A stretch of 64,000 nt of DNA, from assembly GCF_009914755.1 (NCBI RefSeq), contig NC_060947.1; one strand, written 5' to 3'. The position numbers and the translations under genes are program-made. Numbering within the stretch: position 1 is the stretch's first letter; the number at the start of each line of letters is the position of its first letter. Shown one piece after another: positions 19,150-32,753 of the stretch. Under the pieces are notes generated by a model. The model was not told the origin of the DNA and searched no databases. It saw only the letters and a list, made by a program, of their open reading frames with translations. This DNA comes from the human T2T-CHM13v2.0 reference genome, Homo sapiens.

Positions 19150-20201
19150 GCGAACATTTCTTACAATTTTCATAGGCATATGAAATTTTACCATCACAAC
19201 TATCAAAATATAACAGCAGTGTGGAGATTTTCATCATTCAAGTGATAAGTTGTGACATGAAATTCTGCGAAATTTGCAGTTACAAAATCCAGCACCATCC
19301 CTTTAGACAAGTAGACTGCTCTGTTCCCTTTTTATGGAGAGCCTTGGTGACTTGCTCCAGATCGTACAGCTGTTCTGTTCTGTCGTTAAGTTTTGTCAGA
19401 GCATCAGAGGAACACTTCCATAACCTCAGCATTTCTTTGGCTGGTTGTTTTTGTAATTAGTACAGAGTTCAATTCTAGAGCCATGCTGGAATTGGTATTT
19501 TTTGGAGTCACAGCTTTGAGGGGAATCTATTTGTTTTTCTCCTAAAAGGTAATAATTACTAATGGAAGGTAAAACTTAGTGGTCTATTTATACCTCACTT
19601 ACTTCCAAAAGTGATTTAAAGAAGGTTCGTGATCTAGCACATTAAGTTAGAGAAAGTAAAGGAAATTGAAAGCAAGGAAAGGAAGAGAAAGTGAGTTATT
19701 TTCTCCAGGTTTTTATTTCTCCATATTTGAATTCATCTCAAGCAGATAGTAAGCTGTCATTCTTACCAAAAAGGAAGAATGAGTGGTATCTCTAGAAAGA
19801 CAGAAATTTTCCTGGCACCAGATTCTAAAGGTTTCTCCCTTGGAATATTTTACAAAGACATTAAATAGGAAGGTGGACAATAACTTTAATAGATGCTTTA
19901 TAACAGTTGCATATGTAATTTTCATGAGGATGTTTCTTACAGTGACCTTCGATAAATGATTGCAGCTTCACTTTAACATGCAATGCGGGGATTCTATGTA
20001 GGACAAAGGTAATGCGTACCAGGAGCACTTCCCTGAGAAGAAGAAAAAGAGGAGTAGTCAGTTAGCTATACCCGAGGGGGCATTTGGATACCCACACCAT
20101 TTATTGGCCATCCTTGGCCTAAGGTAATATCCAACAACTGTGGGTTTTTGCAGCAAACTGACTTAAGTATCAGAATAATGGGTAAATATTATGCCCTAAA
20201 C

Positions 20202-20365
20202 CAGTGGTTCCCAAATATGGCTGATCTTCAGGACCAGGTAGGGAGCTACTTTGAAAATATGGGTCCCCCACCCCTTGAGGTCTGATCAGATGGTCTAGGG
20301 TAGGAAGTAAGAAATCTCAGTTCTTTCCAGGTAATTCTGAGAACCACACAGGCTTGGAACCACAG
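20202..20365. mobile_element. MER5-type MITE
   Basis: CAGTGGTTCCCAAA...TTCCAGGTAATTCTGA...GGAACCACAG. Confidence 0.65.
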
Positions 20366-21269
20366 CTTTAGACTGCCTTCGTAAATGTCACTTCTCTTAG
20401 CTGAGTTTTCAATAAAAGCTATAGGGCTGGCCTTTTGTATACACTTAGATTATAAGGACTGTCTTTAGGCCAGATGGGATTTTTCCCCAGACAGGGACTT
20501 TGGTTCTATTCCAAAACTGACAAATGCTTATTTGACATCCTGGGAACTAGGGCCAAGTTCATTCAGATCTAGGAATCCCTTGAGCAGAATTTTAACCTCA
20601 TTAAATTAGTTCCTTGTTTAATTCTCTGCATGCTTCATACTTATAACATTTTGATTCACTGTTAGTGTTGCCAGTCAGGTTGAGTCTTTGCTCTTTGTTC
20701 TATCAGTAGTTGGGAAGAGGGATCTAATTACAAGGTCTCTAATTGAATAATCCAGGAGGTCATTTGGAAAATAGAAAATTTCACGTTAATGAACGTTGAT
20801 GAAGCATTTCTGAGCTGAGCATGGTGTATGCTGGGCATTCTGTAAGCATTATCTCAGTAGGTGCTTAGATAGACATTACAGACATGGAAAGTGAGTATTA
20901 TTAAACATTTAGTCATTTCAGGGCCATTGTTGTTTTTTCCCAACACGTCCTATTCTTCAACTTTCTTTCTTCCTAAATTCTGTGGACTCCCCTCGCCAAA
21001 AAAAAAAAAAAAAAAAGTTTTTGTCTTACCAATTTTTAACTAGCAACCTAACCAGGAAAATTTTGTTTATTTGGAACCTTGAACTACATTTTTCCTCCAC
21101 ATTGTATGTTAGGAGAAGGAAGGAAGTAAGAAAGTAAACTCATATGAAGGATTTTTGAAATATTACTCAGGTACAGCCTGGTCAGCTTAGCCTTGGTCCA
21201 GTTTAAACTATGAAAATAAAATTGTTCTTCATAATGGTTGGCCACCTTCATTAAATAAGAATTAAATGA

Positions 21270-21560
21270 TGCAGGTATGGTAGCTCACACCTGTAATCCC
21301 AGAGCTTTGGGAGGCTGAGGCAGGAGGATCACTTGAAGCCAGGAGTGCGAGACCAGCCTGGGCAACATAGCGAGACCCCGTCCCTACAAAAATAAAATTA
21401 TCCGGGTGTGGTGGCATACGCCTATGGCATGCGCCAGCTACTCAAGATGCTGAGGCAGAAGGATCACTTGAGCCCGGGGAATTCAAGGTTGCAGTGAAGT
21501 ATGATCATACCATTGCACTCCAGCCTATGTAACAGAACAAGACCCTGTCTCAAAAACAAA
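21270..21560 (+). mobile_element. Alu (AluJ)
   Basis: Diverged dimer with GGCAACATAGCGAGACC. Confidence 0.9.
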
Positions 21561-22205
21561 TTGTATTTATTACACCCCATCGTGAACAGGCACCAGATTG
21601 TAGATTAATGCAGATGTCTTGGATCCCTCTCTTCCAAGCCATATGACTGACTTGGGCAAGTGTGCTTTTCTAGGTCTCAGCTTCCGTCTTTGCAAAGTGG
21701 TGAAAATACTAGCCCCCACTGTCCTAAAGGGATAAAAGGACCAGAGGGGAAAAATGTAAAAATGCCATGAAAGCTACAAGATGCTGTACACAGATCAGAT
21801 TGAATTGCTTCATTAACTGGAAATTCTTGGATTACTATATTGTCTAAACATTGAGTCCACTGACGATTGTACAGAACCAGGATTGCATTGTTAGTTCCCA
21901 CCTTCCTCTCAGCAGTCCCGCATGTGACATCTTCATGCCTGTCACCACATCCTGTCACACCAATCAGCGGGCCTTCTTTTCCCCTATGGTTCAACATGTA
22001 TAGGCTTCCTGAACTTCATTCAAAGGCAGCTGAATGGTATATGAACTTTGAAATGTTTCCAACTTGACATTAAAACAGCAAGTGCCAAGTTTCAACACTT
22101 AAAAAAATCCTCTTAAGCGCTGAAACTTGGCATCTGAGTGGGGTTTATTATCTTTCAGTTAAGTCAAAACAACTAAATTACATGAGTTTCTATCTCAAAA
22201 TTTAA

Positions 22206-22528
<323 letters not shown>

Positions 22529-22598
22529 TAAAGCAGTTGTTTTGTGAGTAATTTTCAACTATTGGCCTAGTGAATTTAAGCTTTTCTTTCATACGCAG

Positions 22599-22812
22599 AT
22601 GTTCACGTAAACATAATTTCCCAACATCCAGTCCTACCCTTCTTATTAAGAGCATGTTTACGACGTTTGGAATGGAGCAGTGCAGGAGGGATGACTATGA
22701 CCCTGACGCAAGCCTGGAGTACAGCGAGGAAGAAACCTACCAACAGTTCCTAGACTTCTATGAGGATGTGTTGCCCGAGTTCAAGAACGTGGGGAAAGTG
22801 ATTCAGTTCAAG
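22599..22812 (+). CDS. ZRSR2: ZRSR2 exon 8 (214 nt), end of ZnF1 and start of the UHM
   Basis: acgcag|ATGTTC...TTCAAG|gtgggc; CSRKHNFPTSSPTLL...FYEDVLPEFKNVGKVIQFK. Confidence 0.97.
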
Positions 22813-24904
22813 GTGGGCATGCGTGTGGAGGAGGGGACTGGTTTGCTTCACCCTGCAGTACTTAATGGCACAAGAGAGCTGGGACACAGGCTCAGCTGGG
22901 GTCAGGCACGCTAGCACTCTATAAATGTGACTTCCCTCTTTCTCTCTTTCCACCCCCTACCTTGTTGCCAATGTCACGTCAATACCACATGAAATCATAA
23001 ACATATATTAGCATGGTATTTCCTGAATGCTAGGGGTCTAGATTGGAAAGGATCTTTCATTTATTTAGTAGCTTTGTGCTCCAGTTCTTTTCCAGCACAT
23101 GAATTCTCTGTATCAGGTCCCCTGCATATAGCCATCCAGTCCTTCACTTAGAAGCTGCATGTGACAAACGGTGCATTCCCTTCCTTCCTCTGTAGGTGGC
23201 TTCCGTGTGCAGTGTGACACAACTTCACTCACTAAGTTTGTTGGTGCATTGTGTTGACAGTGCCGACTTAGCTTCCACCCAAGGTGTATGTTCTTTCTTC
23301 TGGAGCCACACAGGAACATAAATCTAGATTCCACCACCTAACCCCCTTCTTTTTTTTACACTGTTTTTATTCATTGGATTCTTTCAATACTGAATATAGT
23401 ATTATACAAACCATGGTCTGTGATGCAGCATACTTGGTGAAAAAGGCATTCAGATGACACATAATTATTTTAAAATATTCCTTAATGCAAGGGTAAGGCC
23501 AGATGTAATCTCTGCTGCCCCCAGGACCCATTAGTTGAATTCTAATAGGGTGAAGCTTCCTGCCTTGTCTGTGATTTCATCAGATCTGAGCTGGAATGCC
23601 TTTGTTATGTTAAGGCACGGAAATTGTCCCATAATTTGGGAAAAGACAGGAATAGAACCGTGATTTTTTTTCCTGCAAGTTGCAAATGATGATGAAAAGT
23701 TGGAACACCCCCCCAAAAATGAAGATATTCCTGACATTTAAGGCTATACTTCTATCAACCGACTTCAAGATTTTTAAAAATTCTTTTTATTTTTTTTTTC
23801 CTCCTTAACCTTTTGTTTCTGGGGCATATGCCTTCCTGTCTTCACATTACTTGTCAGCACAAGCAATAACTGCTAAAGTGGAACTGCCTGGTCACAGCCA
23901 CACAATACCATGTTAGAAGCACTGGCCGAGGAGGCCATGTGGTTTGACTAGCCTTGTCACTTCTTCCTGCCTTTTCCTTATCCTGAAAGTGAGGGGACTG
24001 GATTACGTCAGTGGTTTTCCTCGTAGGGTTTCTTGATTATACTGCTTCTGTGAAGTGGTAATGGGAGGGCTGCTTTCAGAACTGCAGAGTAGTTAATGGA
24101 AATTGCACCCTTACTTGCAACAGGCTGCACCCACAAACCACAACCACCACAACGTATTTTTTCTTTTGTTTAGAGTTCTCTCATCCTGGCTTGCACAGCT
24201 GACATGGATTCCCGAGGCCTTTTATTCTTCCTTCTAAGGGTGGTGTTACAAACTGTCACTGAGTATGGATCCTGCTCGTTTTGGGATACCCTAAGAAAAA
24301 TACTCTGGAACAAATTTGTAAAATTATAGATTCATTTTGAACATAAACGCTAAACACTAGTATGAATATTTGAGGACCTTTTTACATACTATTATATAAA
24401 AACAAATCAGATTTGTCATTGTTGAAGGCAAATGATCAAATATTTAACCTAACTAGTAATAGGAACAGTACATATGAAAATGGGATGATATTCACACCTA
24501 TCAGGCAAAAAAATTATAAATTCTATTAATACCAAGAGTAGATGAGGATGTGTACATTAGTAAAACCACTTCAGAGAGCAGTTTGTCAATACCTAGTGAA
24601 GGTACGTGTAACCTATAAATTGGCACACTCCTGGCTATGCACAGTAGAGAGCTCTTTATACCCACAGAGACCTGTTTAAGAATGCTGACTGCGGTACTGT
24701 TTGTGGATGAAAAATTGGAAGCATCTTGAAAAACCATCATTCTAGAGTAGATAAGTTTTATTATTTGGTATATCCAGTATACAGTAGTTAAGTTTATGTG
24801 ACTACATCTTGAAAAAAGAATATGGAATAAATACTATTGATATAAAATTTTAAAACATACAAAGCAACACTATATGTTGTTTATCAATACGTATTACCTG
24901 TTTC

Positions 24905-25075
24905 TTTGCATATGTATATATATGTGTATACCCATTATAAATAATGGACATTTATATGTATGATACATATGTGTGGGTTTTGGCATGCATATGATGTATG
25001 TATATATGCCTGTATCTGTGTATTTGTATTTGTGTCTGTGTAGGTCTATGTATGTATATGTGTGTTTGTGTTTGG
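24905..25075. repeat. Degenerate (TG/TA)n low-complexity tract
   Basis: tatgtatatatatgtgtata...tgtatgtatatgtgtgtttgtg. Confidence 0.7.
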
Positions 25076-25508
25076 AATGTGAAGGCTACACTCCTAGCCT
25101 GTGGAGAGTGTTCACCTATGTGATGGAGGAGGGAGAAGAATGGGATAGAAGGGCTTCAACTGAGTCTTTAATGTTTTACATATGTAAATATTCTCATTCA
25201 GAAGTGGAAAACGTTAGTGTTAAATCTGGGTAGTGCATATATAGGCTGATTGATATCTTCTGTATTTTTATGGATGTGTGAAACATTTCATATTTGTGGG
25301 AGAAAACAGACCTGGACCAACAGGGATCAGGCACGCTGCCATGTGCCAAGTACGCCTTAAATAGATGCAAGAGTCAGCTAGTATCTCTATTTTGCAATCT
25401 TTGATTGGTAACTACTTTGGGGAATGTTAGCCTGGACAAACAACATGTGATGAATGGCTGGTTTCTTTTCCTGAATTTTTTATGATAGCATTCTTCATTG
25501 CTCCCTAG

Positions 25509-25564
25509 GTCAGCTGCAATTTGGAACCTCACCTGAGGGGCAATGTATATGTTCAGTACCAGTC
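25509..25564 (+). CDS. ZRSR2: ZRSR2 exon 9 (56 nt), UHM RNP1
   Basis: ccctag|GTCAGC...CCAGTC|gtaagt; VSCNLEPHLRGNVYVQYQ. Confidence 0.97.
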
Positions 25565-25680
25565 GTAAGTATTCTGCTTGTGGATGTCTTCCTGATTTGT
25601 CACAGTTTGTTGTTCTGTTTCTGTTGATGTCTGGGATTTTTCCACTGGATATATAACTTTCATGTATTTTATTTCTTATG

Positions 25681-25993
<313 letters not shown>

Positions 25994-26112
25994 CAGCTTT
26001 CATATATTTTAAAATATTTAAATAAAATTAAAGTTTAAATAAATCTAAATATTTAAAACTTAAATATTAAGAGTTGAAACAGAAATATAGAATGGATGTG
26101 AAAATAATATAA

Positions 26113-26539
<427 letters not shown>

Positions 26540-27128
26540 TTATATATTTACATAGTTTTGAATGTTTTACAATATGGTTATATTATTACTCATAATTTTA
26601 ATAATTAAAATACAAACTAATAAGGGATAACTAGAATAGAGAACATAAAAGCATTTATAGTGAAAGAGCCGGAGATTGAAGCCCAAAATCATCTTAGTGT
26701 GCATTTGACCAGCTAAGAGAGCAATTAATGTATCATTTCTTCTTATCTTGCTGTTTGCCTAGGCCATACCATGGCTAATGGGTTAAATTAACCAGTGTAA
26801 TAAGAAGAACAGCAATCCTATCTGAGAAAGAATAGGCCCTAATAATGGAAAACACTTCTGCATTTTTAATGGTCCAATCTTTTGGATTAAGACGGTTTCA
26901 TTCAAGCCAATTTCCATGCATTGAAACCTCTCCGAGGGTTAGTAAAAAGGGTTCCTGAATAAATTGGGAGCTTTGGGAGCTTGACCATTTTAATGACTCT
27001 TCCCTAGGTACAAAATCAGTGAACTTGGTGGTCCTACAATAAATTAATAACGGGGTTAATTAATAGTAGAGCTAATCTACATATTAGGAAGTTACTGTAA
27101 AGCATATCATTTGATTTTTGGTTTAAAG

Positions 27129-27238
27129 GGAAGAAGAATGCCAAGCAGCCCTTTCTCTGTTTAATGGACGATGGTATGCAGGACGACAGCTGCAGTGTGA
27201 ATTCTGCCCCGTGACCCGGTGGAAAATGGCGATTTGTG
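27129..27238 (+). CDS. ZRSR2: ZRSR2 exon 10 (110 nt), UHM C-terminal part
   Basis: ttaaag|GGAAGA...TTTGTG|gtaaaa; EEECQAALSLFNGRWYAGRQLQCEFCPVTRWKMAIC. Confidence 0.96.
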
Positions 27239-28269
27239 GTAAAAGACAAAGTGATGATTTTTTTCCTCAATTGTTCCACTGCTATATAAAGGGATATTCT
27301 TTGGGGGAAACCCAGTATTTTCAAGTGGTGAGGCATAGCTTTTTGCCTCACACAGTAGATGAGCAGAGAACTTTATATAAAGAACACCACAGTTTAGATC
27401 TGTAACCGACCTCAATGAGTCACTTGATAGATGAAGTGACTGAGGTCACAACGTATTGGTGACAGAGGTGGGGCTAGAATTCCAGTCTTCCAATCTTCAG
27501 TCCTGGGCTCTGTGTCTGACAAATCAGGAAGCCTGAGGAGTTTACGTCTGTGGAAGCCCCATTTCCCTTGTTGCAGTTTCAGAGGTATTTTATATTCATT
27601 GGCTCACTTCACTTGAGCTGTTTGTTTGTTTCTTTCTTTCCATCTTTATCCCTAATGAATCTTCTGTCATGACCACCTACGTTACCTTGCCCATAGCATT
27701 TCCTGCCTTACTTGGAATAATACATCCTTCTGTGCACTAGAGACTAATTGTAGGCTTGGGATCAGTTAAACATGAATGCAGTCAGACTGACATCGGACAG
27801 TGGCAACCCAATCAGGAAATGATCCAGTCTTGTGCAGAATAGCCAGCAGTTTTGAAGGCCTAGTTATGTTCTGGTTTCTCTCAGTGGACTGTTCCCTAGG
27901 TGAAAAGAGATGAGCTCTAAATGCCTCTGGGGAGCACTTATCTTACCGTTTACTTGTGTTTCTTTGCTGTATACATGCCTGCCTAACGCAAAGTCAGAAT
28001 CTTTGGCAAGCTTGTCTTCCTTGGATTCTGTCATTCTGAAACCATTTATGAAGGGAAAAGAAAGATTTTAGGATTCCTGGCTAAGGGAAACCAGAAGAAC
28101 CATTACACTTTAAAGGCTCGGGGGATGGAAGAGGTGGAATTGTTCGCTCCATAAAGGCAGTTACTTTTGTCAGTTCCTGGGAATCCAGTGTGAGTTCAGT
28201 GAGGAGCTTCTGAGTGTGACCTTGACTCCTCCAAAGCAGGGGACTATTTCATTAAAAAAAAAAAAACAC

Positions 28270-28700
28270 TTTATTTTCCTTATTGACTAAAGACACTGAG
28301 CATCTTTTCATTATTGGCCATTTGTATGTCTTCTTTGGAGAGATGTCTGTTTGGATCCTTTGCCTATTTTCTAACTAGGCTCTTTGTCTTTTTATTATTG
28401 AGTTGTAAGAGTTCTTGGTATATTCTCCATACAAGTACCTGGTCACAAATATGATTTGCAAATATTTTCTCCCATTTTGTAGGTTCTTTTCACTTCATGT
28501 TCTTTTGAAATACAAGTTGTAAATTTTGATGAAATCCAACTTAACTATTTTTTTGTTTGTTTTGGTGTCACATCTAGGATGACATTGCTTAGCCCAGGGT
28601 CACAAAGATTTACTTGTATGTTTTCTTCAAGGTCATAGTTTCATTTCTTAACATTTAGGTCTTGGATACAGTTTAATTTTTGTATATAGTATGTGGTACG
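28270..28700 (-). mobile_element. L1 fragment (ORF2 3' region)
   Basis: TTGGCCATTTGTATGTCTTCTTTGGAGAGATGTCTG and ATGATTTGCAAATATTTTCTCCCATT. Confidence 0.85.
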
Positions 28701-28918
28701 GAGGTATTTCACTTCTAACTGTTGTGCATATCTGGGGAATTTACTGCTTTTAAAAAACGTTTGAGAACCCCAAAGATCTCAAAATTGTTCGAATAGATTT
28801 TATCTGTGATAAGAATCTTCTGTATTAAAAGCACTTAGTGAATTTGAAGCATTAGTGTAATGTTTATAATCTTAAAGTTTAAAGAAAATATAGACTCCTC
28901 TATGTTTAATAGGCCTTC

Positions 28919-29211
28919 TCTTTTTTTTTTGAGAGTGAGTCTCACTCTGTCGCCCAGGCTGGAGTGCAGTGGCATAATTTTGGCTCACTGCAACCTCCAC
29001 CTCCTGGGTTTAAGTGATTCTCATGCCTCCGCCTCCTGAGTAGCTGGGATTACAAGCGCCTGCCACCACGCCCAGCTAATTTTTGTATTTTTAGTAGAGA
29101 TGGGGTTTCGCCATGTTGGCCAGGCTGGTCTCAAACTCCTGACCTCAGGTCTGTGCCCGCCTCAGCCTCCCAAAGTGTTAGGATTACAGGTGTGAGCCAC
29201 CGCACCTGGCC
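28919..29211 (-). mobile_element. Alu (AluSx-like)
   Basis: Full length; TSD GCCTTCTCTTTT. Confidence 0.95.
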
Positions 29212-29652
29212 ACGCCTTCTCTTTTGACCAGTGGTTCTGGCCTGTTTCCTCCATGCCATCAAACCGTGCTACCACAGGGACCCAAAGAGCTGGCTATTTG
29301 ATGTTAATCAGGGATCAAAATCGTCAATCAGTGGGAAGGTGAAACCTGGAGAAGATAACGTGGTCACCATTTGCTCAGTTGCAGTCTGCACCATAATCCA
29401 ACAGGGGCACAGGCTATTCTGCTTAATGAAAACTTCTGATTTGTTACCTTTCAGAGTGTCATTTATTAGAGCACGTTTGAAATCATGGGAACCAAATTAT
29501 GACATCAATTTATGTAAGCCCCTTTTACATAATACACAGTAGAAAATAGTTCTAGCATATCCAAATATCAGAAATGTACCTTCGGAAAAGGATAAAGTAG
29601 CATCTTCAGAATATGCAGTGATAAGTGCTGTTTCATCACTGTGCCATTGCAG

Positions 29653-30164
29653 GTTTATTTGAAATACAACAATGTCCAAGAGGAAAGCACTGCAACTTTC
29701 TTCATGTGTTCAGAAATCCCAACAATGAATTCTGGGAAGCTAATAGAGACATCTACTTGTCTCCAGATCGGACTGGCTCCTCCTTTGGGAAGAACTCCGA
29801 AAGGAGGGAGAGGATGGGCCACCACGACGACTACTACAGCAGGCTGCGGGGAAGGAGAAACCCTAGTCCAGACCACTCCTACAAAAGAAATGGGGAATCC
29901 GAGAGGAAAAGTAGTCGTCACAGGGGGAAGAAATCTCACAAACGCACATCAAAGAGTCGGGAGAGGCACAATTCACGAAGCAGAGGAAGAAATAGGGACC
30001 GCAGCAGGGACCGCAGCCGGGGCCGGGGCAGCCGGAGCCGGAGCCGGAGCCGGAGCCGCAGGAGCCGCCGCAGCCGGAGCCAAAGTTCCTCTAGGTCCCG
30101 AAGTCGTGGCAGGAGGAGGTCGGGTAATAGAGACAGAACTGTTCAGAGTCCCAAATCCAAATAA
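29653..30164 (+). CDS. ZRSR2: ZRSR2 exon 11 coding part: CCCH finger 2 and RS domain, stop TAA
   Basis: ttgcag|GTTTAT; LFEIQQCPRGKHCNFLHV...RSRSRSRSR...SPKSK*; exon phases chain without a break from exon 3. Confidence 0.98.
30030..30059 (+). repeat. Coding hexamer repeat (AGCCGG)4 plus AGCCGC, encoding Ser-Arg
   Basis: Read directly. Confidence 0.95.
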
Positions 30165-30165
30165 A
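30160..30165 (+). terminator. ZRSR2 poly(A) signal AATAAA overlapping the stop codon
   Basis: TCC AAA TAA A; followed by T/GT-rich sequence. Confidence 0.8.
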
Positions 30166-30431
30166 CTAGTTTTGTTCTTAAATGATTGTATATCTTATTT
30201 ATTATGGTTGCTACATACTCGGATAGAAGGCTATGAACGCAGATGGGTTCGCAAGTCTGGCTGAACCCTGTGTAGCCTGGAATTCTATTTAAAAATATTT
30301 TTATTCTCTTATAATCATGAAGTATGGTTAGTATAGAAAACATAAAATACATAAATAACAACATGAAAATTACTTGTAATCCTAACCCTGAGAGAGAACT
30401 AAACATTGGAGCATTGTTTTAGTGTGTACAC

Positions 30432-30732
<301 letters not shown>

Positions 30733-31154
30733 TAATACAAAGAACACATATGAATGCAGTTGAATATGCTTTTATTCACAAGAAGCAGTCATACTTCATC
30801 AAGCCCTATTCTTCGTTTTACTCACTGCACAATATGGATCAGTTTTTTCAACCATATCCTCATTGTTAGATTTTTAATTTTGTACTATTCAAGAATCCTG
30901 TGCTGAAATCAATCCTGTGATGGATTTTCTTAAATACTTCCACATATTTTTGATCATTTCCTTAGGATAAATTGTATCAAGGACATGAATACTAAAATAT
31001 TTCCAAGTTGCCTGCCAGAAGACTATAAAAAATTTATTATGTCAATAAACTTTGCTGCTCCCACAACGCCAAGTAATTTTAATCCTTACCAATTTGATAA
31101 ATTTTATGTGTTCATATATTTAATGTTTTTTTATTCTTGTTGGCCCCCTACCCC

Positions 31155-31300
31155 TTTTTTTAGAGACAGGGTCTTGCTATGTTGCCCAGACTGGAGGGCA
31201 GTGGCTGTTCACATGATCATTGTGCACTGTAGCCTCAAACTCCTGGGCTCAAGCGATCTTCTTGGCTCAGCCTCCTGAATATCTGAAACTACAGGTGAGC
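31155..31300 (-). mobile_element. Alu monomer/fragment
   Basis: AGACAGGGTCTTGCTATGTTGCCCAG...CTCAGCCTCC. Confidence 0.8.
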
Positions 31301-32747
31301 CCTGCTTGTTTGCCTTTTATTAATAATCTATTGGATTTTTCTATATGTAATAGCTGAACAGCTTTTTTGCTTTAAAGTTCATTTTCTCAGTTTTAAAGTA
31401 CTGATGGGCAAAGTCCATTTTTTTTCCTCCTACTCTTCAGCTGGGGGCTGTCGTGTACTTTTTTAAATAGTGTGTTGGAAAGTTCTTTATATAGGAGTAA
31501 AGTTTATTTTTGTCATTTCCAGGAATATTAGGGTCATTGGTACTAAATATGCCTAGTGTTAAAGCAATCCTGGTATAAAAATCTCAACAGAATGGTCAGA
31601 GAATAGAACCTAATGCAGAAAAAGCTTCAGGCAAAATATTATACCTAGATTTCTGATCATAAATAAGATGCTCTCCAGCTTTATCAATTTTTTGTCGCTT
31701 TCTTTCCATTGACATATTTGGGATCTAGAATTTTGGAGTATGTGACATTTTTCAATTTGAGATTTGGGAATAAGGACTTAAAACATACGTAAAATACTGA
31801 AACGTTAACGAAATTTAAGTAGGAAGAAAGTTTCCTCAAAATTGGAATTTCTGCATGATATCTGTTAAGGATGAGAGTTCTTTCATGTGTAGTCAATAAA
31901 AGAAATCATGCATGTGGCCCAGGATAATTTCACTTTAAAAAGTTGGATTTGTTCCAGACTCTAAATGCCTGCTTCACCCTGAAAATGATTGACCTAGAAC
32001 TATCTACTGATTTCAGTAACGCCGAGTAATTATCATTAAATTCAGTATTTTTTAATACTTTTCTAAATACAGTCAAGATATATGCAATTAAATGTGGTCT
32101 GCAAAGCTGAAATCTTAATAAATCATGGAGGCTAAGAAAGAAAACCACCATCTTGAGCTCAAGACAATTGAGATATTGATGACTTTCCCCTCAAATGTTA
32201 ATAGGCAGGGTAGAAGGGCAGGAAGTTTTTAAACCACTGACTGGTTCATTATCCTGATAAATGTCCATCTTGAACTTAAATTTATTAGTTTTTTTTAATA
32301 TATATTGCCTGATTACTATTTATGTTTCAAAAATTCCAACTATACATTGCTAGCAGAAACCCACAGGCCTGTTTTCAGTGAATAGCTAGCTGCATGTTGG
32401 AGGCTTTTTAAACCTATAAACGTCTTTTTTTCCAGTAGACTAGCAACTTAATTTGATGGTAGTTCCTGCCTCCTTCTTAAATAGCCCAGTTTTAGAATGT
32501 AACATTTCCTATCTGTAGTAATAGGAGGTCCCTTAACTATCATGATTACCATAGATTTGATTTGTTGCATAGGTTAGGTAGTACAGTCTGCAAGTATTAG
32601 TCCCTTTCTGTTGCATGTGCTAGCACCTTCAGTTCACAAGGGGGTAAGAGGAATCCAGTTGATTTGAAATACCTTTTGAGTAACAGTCTAAGTTGTTCAT
32701 TCAGAAAGAGTAGAAAAGTCAACTGCATCAAGGTTTTAAAAGCAGCA

Positions 32748-32753
32748 TTTATT
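32748..32753 (-). terminator. AP1S2 distal poly(A) signal; a second candidate at 33007-33012
   Basis: TTTATT on + (AATAAA on -) at the end of a repeat-free 1.5-kb 3' UTR. Confidence 0.7.
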
